Shown here: positions 17,278-27,424 of the stretch, in pieces | Layout of the letters: every line of letters starts with the position of its first letter | Numbering within the stretch: the first letter of the stretch is position 1 | Notes under the pieces: generated by a model | Seen by the model: the letters and a program-made list of their open reading frames with translations, nothing else | Database searches by the model: none | Told to the model about the DNA's origin: nothing | Translations under genes and position numbers: made by a program | Origin: Deltaproteobacteria bacterium | GTDB lineage: Bacteria > Myxococcota_A > Polyangia > JAAYKL01 | Assembly (NCBI GenBank): GCA_016936575.1 | Contig: JAFGXQ010000133.1 | Span: 3,843 to 67,842 of the forward strand | Direction of reading: 5' to 3' | DNA: 64,000 nt

Positions 17278-20211
17278 GTGGATTTTTCGGATTTTCGTTC
17301 CAGAGCAATCTCAGAAGGAAAGCGTTACGGAAAAGACGAATACGTGTTTGTGCGTGAGTTTGCTCAGAATGCGCGGGATGCAGGTGCCTCGCGGATTGTA
17401 GTGAACACAGAGTACAAAGGCGGTGAGCTGCTGGTCGCATTTGTGGATAACGGCGAGGGTATGAGCTTTGTACACGCCAGGGAATATCTGTTCACGTTGT
17501 ACGCCTCAAGCAAAGAGGAGGAAATGGCCAGTGCCGGTCAATTCGGTGTGGGCTTCTGGTCCATTCTGTTGTTTTCTCCCGATCGCATCGTCATTCATTC
17601 CAACACAACGCTGGAGAGCTGGGGCGTGGAGTTCAATCAGGCGCTGGATGGAGAACGCCGAGTAGCGCCGAGTCTTTCGGGGCGGGGAACCAGCGTGATG
17701 GCGTATAAAATTATCGCTCCCAAAGCGGCGGCGGCGGCTGTAGCCGAAATCGAAACGGCGTTGATGCGGTATTGCCGATTTTTGCGCCGAAATGATCGAT
17801 CGGCGAGCCCGTTGGAAGTGCGGTTCAACGGCCGGCGGATAGATGGTCCGCTGACGCTGGACGGAGAGTGTGCATCGACCTTTGAATTTGCCGATGTGCA
17901 GGGCGCAGTGGCACTTGGAAAAAGCCCCAAAGTGAATCTATATGTGCGCGGACTGCCGGTGTGGATGGGTACGTCGCTTTCGGAACTGCAGTACGGAGCA
18001 TCTCCGGAGGTGCAGGTTTCATATCCGCAGGGGCTGGCCCCCATGTACCTGCTGAACGGAAATAAATTAAGCGTTACGCTGGACAGACGGTCGGTGTTTG
18101 ATGACACGGCACTGCAACGGGTACGCCGCATTGCAAACCGGGAAATGCGAAAACTGGTGGCCGGGTATCTGGACCGTATCGCACCGGGAACCTGGCGCAG
18201 CCGCCTGGAATTCGCGTTTTCAATGTTTGTTGAAGATTTCGGTCTGTATTTTTTGCGTCGGTTTATTCCGGTGTGGATCACGCTGCTGTTGATAACCGGT
18301 ATCGGCGCGGCATTCTGGTTGGTTTTTCCCGACGTGGTCGATCACGTTTTTCACGGTGCCGATGGGGATGAAGACGGCCCGCTGGAGGTCATCGCATTCG
18401 GCGGACGCGGGTTGGGATCGTCCGGGGAATACGAGCAGGCAACCACTCAGGTAGGCGAAGGCCGCGCGGTGGAACTTACGTATCGCCCTGCAAATGAAGC
18501 ACACTATTTTCGAACCCAGGTGGCGGAAATTCTGGATACCCGAAGCGGCGCGCGATCGGGAATACTGACACCGTATCGAATTCCGGCCGACTATCGGTGT
18601 AAAAAAAATTGTGTGCATATTGAAGTGGGATTGGACGACAAACCGGGTGTGTATCATTTGCCGGTCCCCACCGGGTACTATATTGAAAATCGCAGTTTAG
18701 CTTTGGCATCGGGCCAGCAAGGTGAACTGGTGCGGTCCGTGAAAGATGATTGGCTGTTCATTCAGAAGCAGGCGCCGGCGGGGGGCGGAAAGCTGTCGTA
18801 CACGACCGGTCGCGCAACGACTTCGGTACATAATGCGACGGCATTGTTGCAGGTACCGGATGTTCATTTGCCATCTTCATATGCGGAGGCGGTGAAACAG
18901 GCCGAAAAATTCAAACGCAAACAGAAACAGGTTGACCAACTGTCGTTGTTTGTGGAGGCCTCTATCGCATATGATACATCGGAAAGCACTGCGGCTGCGT
19001 ACCAGCGCTTCTTCGGCGCTTCGGTGCCGGGAAACTGGTTTGAATTTGTGTTTCAATTGGGGAAGGGCGACTGTGATGTGAAAAACATTGTACTGATGGT
19101 GTTGCTCCGGCGTATGGGAATTCCCGCCCGGTTGGCCGTCGGCTATGTGGGAGAAGACGGGGAAACGCGGGCGGGCAAACATGCGTGGGTAGAATATTAC
19201 GATAACGGATGGCAGATTTCAGACGCTACCGGGCAGGAAATTGAAGAAACGCAAACCGTTTCTGCAACATCGTCGGCGTCATCCGAAGCGCAGACGGATG
19301 TGCAACCGGATACATCTGCCGACGCGTCGGAATCGGCTCCTTCCAGTGATCACACCGCCGCAGCTACAGCTGCGTCCACGCCAATCGACATTCAAACTGC
19401 GTCGTCTGTGCAATCAATTGTTCGCCGATGGTGGCCGGGATTTGCTACGTTGCTATTTTTGCCGTTTTTGGTTTGGCTGGTGGTTCGTCGTCGAAAGTGT
19501 AAGCCGATGCAATCGCCGTCGCGCAAGCAGGAGACCCTGGCAGCGCAGATGCTGCAGGCGGCACTCGAAGACAAAAAAATGCATCTGCGCGGTAGTGGAT
19601 TATTTTCGCGACAGCTGATTCCCACCTGGCGGGAAAATTGTCGAATATCGATGAATTATGCACTGTCTTTGAGCAAGCGTAAAAAATTGTTTTATGCGCG
19701 GCATTACAGTCCATTGGTGGCGCGAATCGTGTCGGCGGGAACACCGGTGGTGGACGTTTCGAACGCCGCGTTTGTCGCGGTGGTCGGACGCCTTGCAGGA
19801 AGTGTAGGCATTGACGAGTTGGATGTTTTGTCTCCGGTGCAGATTACAGCGATGCGCGATGAATCGTCTGCGGCAAGTCGTGTGATTACGGAGGTACTGG
19901 AGATTTCAAAGCGGTTGGGTATGCCGGACAATGGAATAGTGCCTTGCCGCGGAGATATGGGCGCATTGTTTAAAGAAATGGATATTTCCGGGTTGCCGGT
20001 TTCGTGGAAAAAGGGCATTCCGCAGCGTTTTATTGCGCTTTCGACAACAGATAAAGATGCCTGGAATCGGTTGGAACGGCTCGGCGGTGATGCGCGCGGC
20101 GCCGCAGTGTTGGTGCTGGACCGAATGGCGGTTCATTGCGCCGTATTTCGCACCAGTCGAAATGCGCTGCGCGAGATGCTGGCCTCGTACGAACAGGAGA
20201 GTCGGGATTGA
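17278..20211 (+). CDS. Two-pass membrane protein: N-terminal GHKL (Bergerat-fold) ATPase fused to a transglutaminase-like Cys-His-Asp domain, plus an uncharacterised C-terminal cytoplasmic domain
   Basis: GTG start directly after an in-frame TAG. GHKL motifs: N-box EFAQNARDAGA (E-x3-NA-x-DA), G1 VDNGEGM, G2 GQFGVGFWS. Hydrophobic helices at about aa 336-358 (FIPVWITLLLITGIGAAFWLVF) and about aa 720-742 (FATLLFLPFLVWLVV). Between them lies a transglutaminase core: GKGDCDVKNIVLMVLLRRMGIPARLAVGY ... GKHAWVEYY ... GWQISDATG (C, H and D in canonical spacing). Only 18 nt separate it from the ABC-F gene stop. Confidence 0.7.
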   Translation: MDFSDFRSRAISEGKRYGKDEYVFVREFAQNARDAGASRIVVNTEYKGGELLVAFVDNGEGMSFVHAREYLFTLYASSKEEEMASAGQFGVGFWSILLFSPDRIVIHSNTTLESWGVEFNQALDGERRVAPSLSGRGTSVMAYKIIAPKAAAAAVAEIETALMRYCRFLRRNDRSASPLEVRFNGRRIDGPLTLDGECASTFEFADVQGAVALGKSPKVNLYVRGLPVWMGTSLSELQYGASPEVQVSYPQGLAPMYLLNGNKLSVTLDRRSVFDDTALQRVRRIANREMRKLVAGYLDRIAPGTWRSRLEFAFSMFVEDFGLYFLRRFIPVWITLLLITGIGAAFWLVFPDVVDHVFHGADGDEDGPLEVIAFGGRGLGSSGEYEQATTQVGEGRAVELTYRPANEAHYFRTQVAEILDTRSGARSGILTPYRIPADYRCKKNCVHIEVGLDDKPGVYHLPVPTGYYIENRSLALASGQQGELVRSVKDDWLFIQKQAPAGGGKLSYTTGRATTSVHNATALLQVPDVHLPSSYAEAVKQAEKFKRKQKQVDQLSLFVEASIAYDTSESTAAAYQRFFGASVPGNWFEFVFQLGKGDCDVKNIVLMVLLRRMGIPARLAVGYVGEDGETRAGKHAWVEYYDNGWQISDATGQEIEETQTVSATSSASSEAQTDVQPDTSADASESAPSSDHTAAATAASTPIDIQTASSVQSIVRRWWPGFATLLFLPFLVWLVVRRRKCKPMQSPSRKQETLAAQMLQAALEDKKMHLRGSGLFSRQLIPTWRENCRISMNYALSLSKRKKLFYARHYSPLVARIVSAGTPVVDVSNAAFVAVVGRLAGSVGIDELDVLSPVQITAMRDESSAASRVITEVLEISKRLGMPDNGIVPCRGDMGALFKEMDISGLPVSWKKGIPQRFIALSTTDKDAWNRLERLGGDARGAAVLVLDRMAVHCAVFRTSRNALREMLASYEQESRD

Positions 20212-21416
20212 CTCAGTCGCTGTTGAAAATCGATGTGGATCGCGAGATTCAAAAATTAACCCGGAATCGGTTCAAATCGTCGACGGAATGGGCGGTGGCG
20301 TTGTGTCAATACGCAATGGGACGTGACTGCACGTCGCTTTCATTGCAATTGGATGCGCGCAGTTTTGAGTTGCGTTATCGTGGAACATCGGTCGGTATCA
20401 CTGACCTGGAGCGGCTGTGCGTTATTTTTGATGAGCAACAATCGCCGGACGCCAGGCATCGTGCCATTGTTGCATTGGAAGAGGGCGATTCGTTTGATTT
20501 ACTGTGCGCGTTTTATCTGAAGAACGCCAAAGTCACGATTGTGAGTGCGACGGGATCGGCAGTTGTCGCGCCCCGTCGTCGACCGGTGCGCCGAACTGAA
20601 ACGGGTTCATTAAAAACGGTGATTGCCATTCGGTCGGGGAAGCTGAAACGCGGCCCCCTGGAGAAGGCATTGCGCACAGCCTGTCGGTTTTCGCCGGTAC
20701 CGGTCATGTTGAATGACAAGCGAATTTCAAGCGGCCACAAGCTGGAAAACTGTTTTGCCCAGCGTGCGTTTGAATGGCGCGGTGTTCGTGGCGTTGTGGG
20801 AATTCCATTGGAGAGTGATTTTGTCCGTCAGGTAACGCTGAAGCACGGTATTACGGTGAAAGACTCGTTGAGGCAGCCGGGATTCGGGTTGTTGTATCAT
20901 ACAATTATCGATAGTCCGAAAAGTGCGCTGTCAAGTGCCGATTTGGATGAAGTGCGAAATGTCGTGCGCTCGTTATATATGGAGCTTGGCAAATATATTG
21001 AACAGTTGGAATCCGCGCAGCGGCAGCGAGCCTTGGAAGTGCTGTTTATCCGGTATCGGGAAACGCAAGATGTCAGCTATGTGAAGGGCGTGCAGGCATT
21101 TGAGCGGGTGGATGGAAATCGTTTCACGGTTGAAACGCTGCGCCGGTTGGCGTCGGACGGGCCCGTATACGGCATTCATCGCGGAACATCTACCGAGTCA
21201 TGGAATCTGGCGGGACGTCAGGTTTTCTATTTGGATGCCAGGCAGTGGAATTTTCTGGAGAAGGAATTGGGCATTGAAATCACTTGGCCCTCCCCGCTTT
21301 CGCGAAGCGGCAACTGGCGGCTGAAAAAAAAGGCCACCAATCAGAACGGCGCGAAAAAAGACAAACCGTTTTCAAAAGAGATTCGCACGGCTGCGGAGCA
21401 GCTGATTTTATTTTGA
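20208..21416 (+). CDS. Hypothetical protein translationally coupled to the GHKL-transglutaminase gene
   Basis: A TTG start overlaps the upstream TGA as aTTGA (a 4-nt overlap); 402 aa with no motif I can recognise. The ORF is open from 20136. Confidence 0.45.
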   Translation: MTQSLLKIDVDREIQKLTRNRFKSSTEWAVALCQYAMGRDCTSLSLQLDARSFELRYRGTSVGITDLERLCVIFDEQQSPDARHRAIVALEEGDSFDLLCAFYLKNAKVTIVSATGSAVVAPRRRPVRRTETGSLKTVIAIRSGKLKRGPLEKALRTACRFSPVPVMLNDKRISSGHKLENCFAQRAFEWRGVRGVVGIPLESDFVRQVTLKHGITVKDSLRQPGFGLLYHTIIDSPKSALSSADLDEVRNVVRSLYMELGKYIEQLESAQRQRALEVLFIRYRETQDVSYVKGVQAFERVDGNRFTVETLRRLASDGPVYGIHRGTSTESWNLAGRQVFYLDARQWNFLEKELGIEITWPSPLSRSGNWRLKKKATNQNGAKKDKPFSKEIRTAAEQLILF

Positions 21417-21586
21417 AGGTTTCCACTACGCGAAAAGATTGGACAAATTACAGAAGTTTACCCCTCGTGCATTTTTGGCGTTTCACACGCCCAAGTCGGA
21501 TTTGTATCGTTACTAAAAAGTCGTATACTTTATCATTACATACACCATATGCCCTTTTTCCGAGTGAGAACAGGATGTGATTCAGT

Positions 21587-23989
21587 ATGCCGACAAAGTC
21601 ACGCGAAGCTGAATTGGAGCAACGAATCCTTGAGCTGGAACAGGAACTGTCTCGATACAAATCGGCCAAACGGCAGACGGCGGCAGCGGCAGAAGAACCC
21701 AAGGACACTATTCACGTGGGGGGCATCGATATAGCCTGGGACGTACGCCGCGGGTTATGCACATTTGAGGGACTGCCCGTTGCGATGCTGTGGGTGGATA
21801 CCACACTGGCCGGGCTTCTATCCGGTGTGCAGGCGATGGTGGGCACCGAGCGGTTTTCGCTGGCACTTCAAAGCGAAGGACGAAACAGTGTGGATGCAGA
21901 TTGGAGCGTCATATCTCAGTTTTCCACATTTGAGGAAGGGTTCAAAGCGGTTGCGGGAATTGCCGCAATTGCCGGATGGGGGCGTTGGGAGTTGGTTGAA
22001 CTGAACCGGTCCCGGCACCGATGTGTGTTCAGGGTGTATGATTCCTGGGAGGCGATGTTTCAGAAAACCCTGGGAGTCAATTGGGGGTCGAACATGCTCG
22101 CGGGGAAGCTGGCCGGATACGCCGGTCGCTTGTTCGGAACGAACTGTTGGGCAAAACAGATTCAATCCATTGCCGCCGGCGACCTGTATGACGAATTTGA
22201 TGTGCAGCCATCGGAACGGTCTGTTGAGCAGGAAATCGAAAATCTGCTCACTACCGATCAGGCTACGCGGGCCGATATGGCAGTGGCACTGGAAAAACTG
22301 AAAACGGAGAACGACGAGAGACGAAAAATTGAGAATCAGTTGCGGCTGATACAAACCGAGCTCGAAGATCGCGTTTGCGAACGCACCGAGGCATTGGCGA
22401 TTGCCAACGAACAATTGAAAGCAAGTGAACGGCGATTTCGAAGCATTGTGGAATCCTCGCCCATGGGGATATATATGTATGAACTGGTGGATGAGCGAGA
22501 ATTGATTTTCCGCGGCGCCAACCCGGCTGCGGATAGAATCATCGGGGTGACGCATGATGCCTTTATCGGAAAAACGATCGAAGAGGCGTTTCCGGCGCTC
22601 AAAGAAACCGAAATACCCTCTCGCTACCGGCAGGTCTGTCTTACCGGCGAACCGTGGTTCACCGAGCAAGTGGACTACGACGAGAACGACATCCGGGGCT
22701 CCTTCGAGGTCTACTGTTTCCGTACCGCCCAAAGCATGTTGGCGGTGCTTTTTCTGGATGTTACGGAGCGCGTGAAGAATCAGCGAGAACGCGAACAGCT
22801 TCAAGCAGAGCTTCACCGGTCAAAAAAGATGGAAGCACTGGGATTGCTGGCGGGCGGTGTGGCCCATGATCTGAACAATATATTGACAGGTCTGGTGGGA
22901 TACCCGGAACTGCTCTCCAGCAAGCTTCCCACAGACAGTCCCCTGCAAAGGCCCTTGTCCATCATGAATAGAAGCGGCATGCAAGCGGCCGCCGTAGTGC
23001 AGGATTTACTGACGGTTGCGCGCAGTGCCGCCACCACAAAAGATGTTGTCGATGTAAACGACTTGGTACTGGAGTATCTTGAATCACCCGAGTTCAAGCA
23101 TCTTTCCGGGAAACACGCCGGTGTCGAGAACGACAGTCATTTGAGTGATGAGCTGCTGCACATTCAAGGTTCCGCCGTTCATATTCGAAAAGTGTTGATG
23201 AATCTGGTATCCAACGCCGTGGAAGCCCTGCCGGGTAAGGTGGTGGTCGCGACATCAAATTGCTATTTGGACAAGCCGCTTGCCGGATACGACAGCGTCA
23301 ATATCGGTGAGTATGTCATGCTGTCTGTCGCCGATAATGGTCCCGGAATCGCTGCGGAGGATTTGGAGCGTTTTTTCGAGCCTTTTTACACTAAAAAGAA
23401 AATGGGGCGAAGCGGTACTGGGCTGGGTTTGGCGGTGGCGTGGAACTGTATAAAAGATCATGGCGGATACATTGACGTGTTGAGTGATCATCGCGGAACC
23501 ACCTTCAATATTTATCTCAATGCGACCCGCTCCGACACAATTTCCGAAGCGGCTGAACAGGGACCGACTGAATTGGCTGGCTCCGGCCAGAAAATTCTCG
23601 TTGTGGATGATGAACCCCATCAGCGGGAGCTGGTGTCTGAAATACTCAGCCATTTCGGATATGCGCCCCATGCGGTTGAGAGCGGTGAAAACGCGTGCGC
23701 GTACATGTCTGAAAATCAGGTGGATCTGGTTGTGTTGGATATGATTATGCCGAACGGAATGAACGGAAAACAGACATACGAACGGCTGCTGCAAATCCAA
23801 CCTGGGCTCCCGGCGGTTATCGTCAGTGGCTATGCGGAGACCGATGATGTGAAACAAACATTGGAAATGGGCGCCGGCGCGTATATTAAAAAACCGTTCA
23901 ATCTGACAGTCCTTGTCAGGGCCGTCCACAACGAACTGCTGTCCGCCGTCCAACGCAAAAAAAAAATAACTGGGGAGGATTTCGCATGA
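21587..23989 (+). CDS. Hybrid sensor histidine kinase / response regulator with an N-terminal V4R-like sensor region and a PAS domain
   Basis: Coiled-coil N-terminus; an approximately 200-aa region resembling XylR-N/V4R ligand-binding modules; PAS; HisKA (H-box GGVAHDLNNILTGL); HATPase_c (DNGPGI, GTGLGL); C-terminal REC (VLVVDDE...D at DMIMP). Confidence 0.8.
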   Translation: MPTKSREAELEQRILELEQELSRYKSAKRQTAAAAEEPKDTIHVGGIDIAWDVRRGLCTFEGLPVAMLWVDTTLAGLLSGVQAMVGTERFSLALQSEGRNSVDADWSVISQFSTFEEGFKAVAGIAAIAGWGRWELVELNRSRHRCVFRVYDSWEAMFQKTLGVNWGSNMLAGKLAGYAGRLFGTNCWAKQIQSIAAGDLYDEFDVQPSERSVEQEIENLLTTDQATRADMAVALEKLKTENDERRKIENQLRLIQTELEDRVCERTEALAIANEQLKASERRFRSIVESSPMGIYMYELVDERELIFRGANPAADRIIGVTHDAFIGKTIEEAFPALKETEIPSRYRQVCLTGEPWFTEQVDYDENDIRGSFEVYCFRTAQSMLAVLFLDVTERVKNQREREQLQAELHRSKKMEALGLLAGGVAHDLNNILTGLVGYPELLSSKLPTDSPLQRPLSIMNRSGMQAAAVVQDLLTVARSAATTKDVVDVNDLVLEYLESPEFKHLSGKHAGVENDSHLSDELLHIQGSAVHIRKVLMNLVSNAVEALPGKVVVATSNCYLDKPLAGYDSVNIGEYVMLSVADNGPGIAAEDLERFFEPFYTKKKMGRSGTGLGLAVAWNCIKDHGGYIDVLSDHRGTTFNIYLNATRSDTISEAAEQGPTELAGSGQKILVVDDEPHQRELVSEILSHFGYAPHAVESGENACAYMSENQVDLVVLDMIMPNGMNGKQTYERLLQIQPGLPAVIVSGYAETDDVKQTLEMGAGAYIKKPFNLTVLVRAVHNELLSAVQRKKKITGEDFA

Positions 23990-24044
23990 ACGATTGTTCC
24001 AAGCGAATTACCCTGAACAGGTGAACTTCGAATCGGTCTATCTT

Positions 24045-25238
24045 TCAGTCTCTGGATACCGTGAACAGATCGGATTTTCCTTGACCGTAGAGTGAGAGGG
24101 TTGCGGTCACCAAGGGCGGAAAATAAAATCCTTCATTTTGAAAGTGTTCAAAGAAACACGAGTTGCCGGCGTCGGTAAAAGTAAAGGTTTCTTCCGAATG
24201 GGTTTCTGGCGAAACCATTGCCATTCCGTCTTCATCAATAAGGGTGCTGTTATTCGTATAACGGATGGACTCAAGCCGTCCGTCTGCTGTGAAAGCGTAT
24301 TCCGCCAGGGTGGAGTCGTATTCTTTTTCATTAGCGGGGAGGTCGCTGTCATCGCCCCGGTAACTATACGTGTTCAGAATTCGATTATTGCTCCAGGTGT
24401 AGTCGGTGTAGCTGACCTGGTTCCAGGTATAGTCTGTAAATCTGGTGTAGCCCGATTCGTCGATATGGCTTTCCAACACCAGGGGCGTGAAATCGGTTGC
24501 TTTTAGAAGGTGTCCATCCGCGTCATACGTGTACAAATGGCGTTCCTGGGGGAGTTCAATGGCTTCGAGTTCCGCCGCGGACGGCAGGTTGCTGGTCTCT
24601 ATTGTTCCGCTGATATCCGGATTGAAGTCGAATGTGCTTTCTTGCGTCACTCTTCCGTTTTCGTCATAACGAAATTTGGTGATTCGATGTCTTTCGACTT
24701 CGACATCGGAGTCCAGCCGTCCCCGACCATACACGATTGTGTGTAACCGAGTGCCCTCATAGGCATATTCCTGAAACGTAACAACAGAAGTCGTTGGGGA
24801 GTCTTCCACGATGCGTCGAGCGGGGAACGGGAAGTCGTCATTGTACTGGTAAAAAATGGTGTAGTGATACCCATTATCGCTACTGGTAGTGCGATATTCT
24901 GCAAGACGGTATAACGCATCGTACGTGTAGGTGGTCTCGGTCCAATCGTCGGAAGTACCACTGGAAGTGTATGTTTGTTTGGTAGGCAGCCCCAGTTCAT
25001 TGTAGGTAAACTCTTTGCCGTCAAGGCGTGCCGGTGCGTACCCGAACTGACACGGCTTGGAAAGAATGCCCGTTCCTTTCACCGCACTGTCGGTGTCAGG
25101 GTCCGGTTCATTGTTGCCGGCATTGGATGCGCTATTTGTATCCGGCGTGCTGTCGTCGTCTGATTCTCCGCATGCAGCGATTCCAAGCAGCAGCGCGCAA
25201 AGCGTTACCACTTTGTAAAATGTAACCGTATGAATCAT
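24045..25238 (-). CDS. YD/RHS-repeat-containing lipoprotein
   Basis: Lipobox LLGIAACGE, an Asp/Ser-rich linker, and repeated YD-type motifs (YTYDALYRL, YTYDADGHLL, YSYRGDD). Confidence 0.55.
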   Translation of the reverse strand: MIHTVTFYKVVTLCALLLGIAACGESDDDSTPDTNSASNAGNNEPDPDTDSAVKGTGILSKPCQFGYAPARLDGKEFTYNELGLPTKQTYTSSGTSDDWTETTYTYDALYRLAEYRTTSSDNGYHYTIFYQYNDDFPFPARRIVEDSPTTSVVTFQEYAYEGTRLHTIVYGRGRLDSDVEVERHRITKFRYDENGRVTQESTFDFNPDISGTIETSNLPSAAELEAIELPQERHLYTYDADGHLLKATDFTPLVLESHIDESGYTRFTDYTWNQVSYTDYTWSNNRILNTYSYRGDDSDLPANEKEYDSTLAEYAFTADGRLESIRYTNNSTLIDEDGMAMVSPETHSEETFTFTDAGNSCFFEHFQNEGFYFPPLVTATLSLYGQGKSDLFTVSRD

Positions 25239-25483
25239 CGGGAAACCTTTCTGGTCGGCGCATCAATGGCGATTCGTTTTCAAGTAACCATCGACGGTGT
25301 CGCAGCTATTATGCCAAAACCACGACGCGCCACAAAGATGTAATTGTTTTGTATATTGTATAGTTAGCGATCGATTTGGTTCTTCGACGTGTGCCAGGTT
25401 GTGCCAAGCGGGTGTCGTTCGAGCGTTGCGGTGGATATCCGGTGTCGGAAGCAGCGACACGTTCCGCTGCAAATTGAATTGAG

Positions 25484-26410
25484 CTACTCGACAGCCACCG
25501 AAAAGTTTTGCACAACCATGGTACCATTGCCGGACCAGATTTCGTTGCCGAATTCCACTTCGGCGATGTACGCGTCGGCAGGTAGATGCTCGTTTGCCAC
25601 CAGGTAAGAAACAAACGGCATGAGGTCGATTTGTCCACTCCACTCACCGCTGGTCTGTACAAACGCCAGGTAAGGGAAATCGTTCCAGGTGGTGTTTTTG
25701 TAAAAATTGTAGGACTGCGCACCAATTGCAATGTCGTCTTCCATCAGCTGAGCGGACGGAGTTTTTGTTCCATCGAGCCACACCATGATTTCTCCAACGA
25801 TGGTATCAGAATATATTTCGTCCGGCGCGGTGACCCAGACATCGAAGGCGGTGTTGTACAAGCCGTCAGCCTGGAGTTCCTTCTCGAATGAAATCGCCAG
25901 CGACGACAGGGATTGAATTTGGCGGGGCAGCACCTCCGGTCCGGACGATTCCAGGCTCCAGGGGTTCCAGCCGAAGCCCACTCGCGGGTACGACGGGAAT
26001 TGACTCTCTCCTTCGAGATGCCATTCCCAACCGAACACACCCGACTGAACCGTGTCGGAAAACACACATTGCGAATAGCCGGTAAATGATGACGACTCAT
26101 ATCCCCATACATTATTGTGAATCGCGAAACCGTCATCGAGGACGGCAACGGCATAGTCGTCACAAAGTGTTTCGTACGTACTTTCTGCGGTCGCACTATC
26201 TGCAGAGTCAGTATCTGAGGGTTGCGAGTGGTTCGAATCGCTGCTCGTTTCGGTTGATTCATCCGGCACGCCGGAGTCGGAATCGCGGGTCTGGCTGGAG
26301 TTGTTGTTTTCACAGGCGCAAAAAACAACCAGACCGGAGAACAACAACGCAGCCGAAGTGAGTGAACAGAACGTTGAAAGACAGGAGTGAGCGGGAAATG
26401 GACGCTTCAT
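25484..26410 (-). CDS. Secreted glycoside hydrolase family 12 endoglucanase
   Basis: GH12 signatures: HNNVWG (NNxWG), nucleophile region GEIMVWL (compare ELMIWL), and acid/base region EVEFGNEIW (compare FGTEPF). Signal peptide/lipobox and a Ser/Asp-rich linker at the N-terminus. Confidence 0.7.
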   Translation of the reverse strand: MKRPFPAHSCLSTFCSLTSAALLFSGLVVFCACENNNSSQTRDSDSGVPDESTETSSDSNHSQPSDTDSADSATAESTYETLCDDYAVAVLDDGFAIHNNVWGYESSSFTGYSQCVFSDTVQSGVFGWEWHLEGESQFPSYPRVGFGWNPWSLESSGPEVLPRQIQSLSSLAISFEKELQADGLYNTAFDVWVTAPDEIYSDTIVGEIMVWLDGTKTPSAQLMEDDIAIGAQSYNFYKNTTWNDFPYLAFVQTSGEWSGQIDLMPFVSYLVANEHLPADAYIAEVEFGNEIWSGNGTMVVQNFSVAVE

Positions 26411-26511
26411 TTGAGACACCTTTCTTGCAATGACCGCGCAAGTAACGGAATCAGTATACCGTTAAAGTGGGAATTAATTGAAAAAAAGGCGAATCGAAAA
26501 CGCTTCGGTGA

Positions 26512-27267
26512 CTACTTGCTGAATCCGGGAAGTTTGGAAAGGTCGGGCACCAGAACGATGTTGATGCGGCGGTTGTTCCCGCGGCCTTCCTTGGTGTCAT
26601 TGGTGTCGGAGGGCATAAACTCGCCGTAGCTGGCGGCACTGAGAGATTCACCGGGAACGCCGGCTTCGATCATTGCGTCCACAACTCCCTGAGCGCGCGC
26701 GGCGGCGAGTTCCCAGTTGTTTTTGAAATGACGGTTTTTAATGGGGTTGTTGTCGGTATGGCCTTCCACCTGAAATCGTTTTTTCAAGGTGGCCAGAACT
26801 GTCGCCACTTCTTTGATGGCTTCGATACCTTCCTTGGATAGGTTCGCTTTGCCCGGTTTAAACAGAATGTCTGTGGGCAGCTGCAGCACCAGGCGGCCGT
26901 CAATCATCTGTACTTTGAGCTTACCGGCATCAATCAGGCTTTTAAACTGTTTGAGCAGATTGTTCATTTCGGCAGCGCGGGCGTCGGCATCGGCTTTAAG
27001 CGCCGCCAACTCAGCCAGCGCTTTTTTCAGCTCTGCCGAAGACGATTGGCTGAGTCCTTCCAGCGCGGATGCCTGCCGGGTCAACTCTTCGATTTTCATC
27101 TCCAGCTCTGAAATCTTACTGTTCAGGTCATCGATTTGCCCTTGTTTACCTTTGATATCCTGCTGGGCGGCGTCATACTGATCGCTGAGTTCCACATACT
27201 TGCTTTTGGATACGCAGCCGACTGCCGCAATGGACACAACGGCCAGAACGATCATTAATTTGTTCAT
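26512..27267 (-). CDS. OmpA/MotB-domain lipoprotein with a long coiled-coil
   Basis: Start MNKLMIVLAVVSIAAVGCVSK (lipobox), a heptad-rich coiled-coil region, and a C-terminal OmpA-like peptidoglycan-binding domain (FQVEGHTDN...NRRINIVL). The longer listed ORF (to 27744) overlaps the kinase gene and is rejected. Confidence 0.75.
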   Translation of the reverse strand: MNKLMIVLAVVSIAAVGCVSKSKYVELSDQYDAAQQDIKGKQGQIDDLNSKISELEMKIEELTRQASALEGLSQSSSAELKKALAELAALKADADARAAEMNNLLKQFKSLIDAGKLKVQMIDGRLVLQLPTDILFKPGKANLSKEGIEAIKEVATVLATLKKRFQVEGHTDNNPIKNRHFKNNWELAAARAQGVVDAMIEAGVPGESLSAASYGEFMPSDTNDTKEGRGNNRRINIVLVPDLSKLPGFSK

Positions 27268-27424
27268 ATCTTTCCTCTCTTTCGAAGGTTTGTTTTTTGG
27301 GTAACGTACAATATACCTACTGAATTCCATATTTTTGGTCAAGGTGAACAAAGGACTCCAATGCGGGTTGATGAAACCAACGATGCTTCGGAACAGAAAA
27401 GAAATCGTCGCTGAAAACACAATT

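Noticed and set aside
20136-20207. An upstream ATG start (MRRISHQ...) for the 402-aa partner gene
   Set aside because: It would overlap the preceding gene by 75 nt. The TTG at 20208, which overlaps the TGA stop as aTTGA, is the more typical coupling arrangement. The 5' end remains uncertain.
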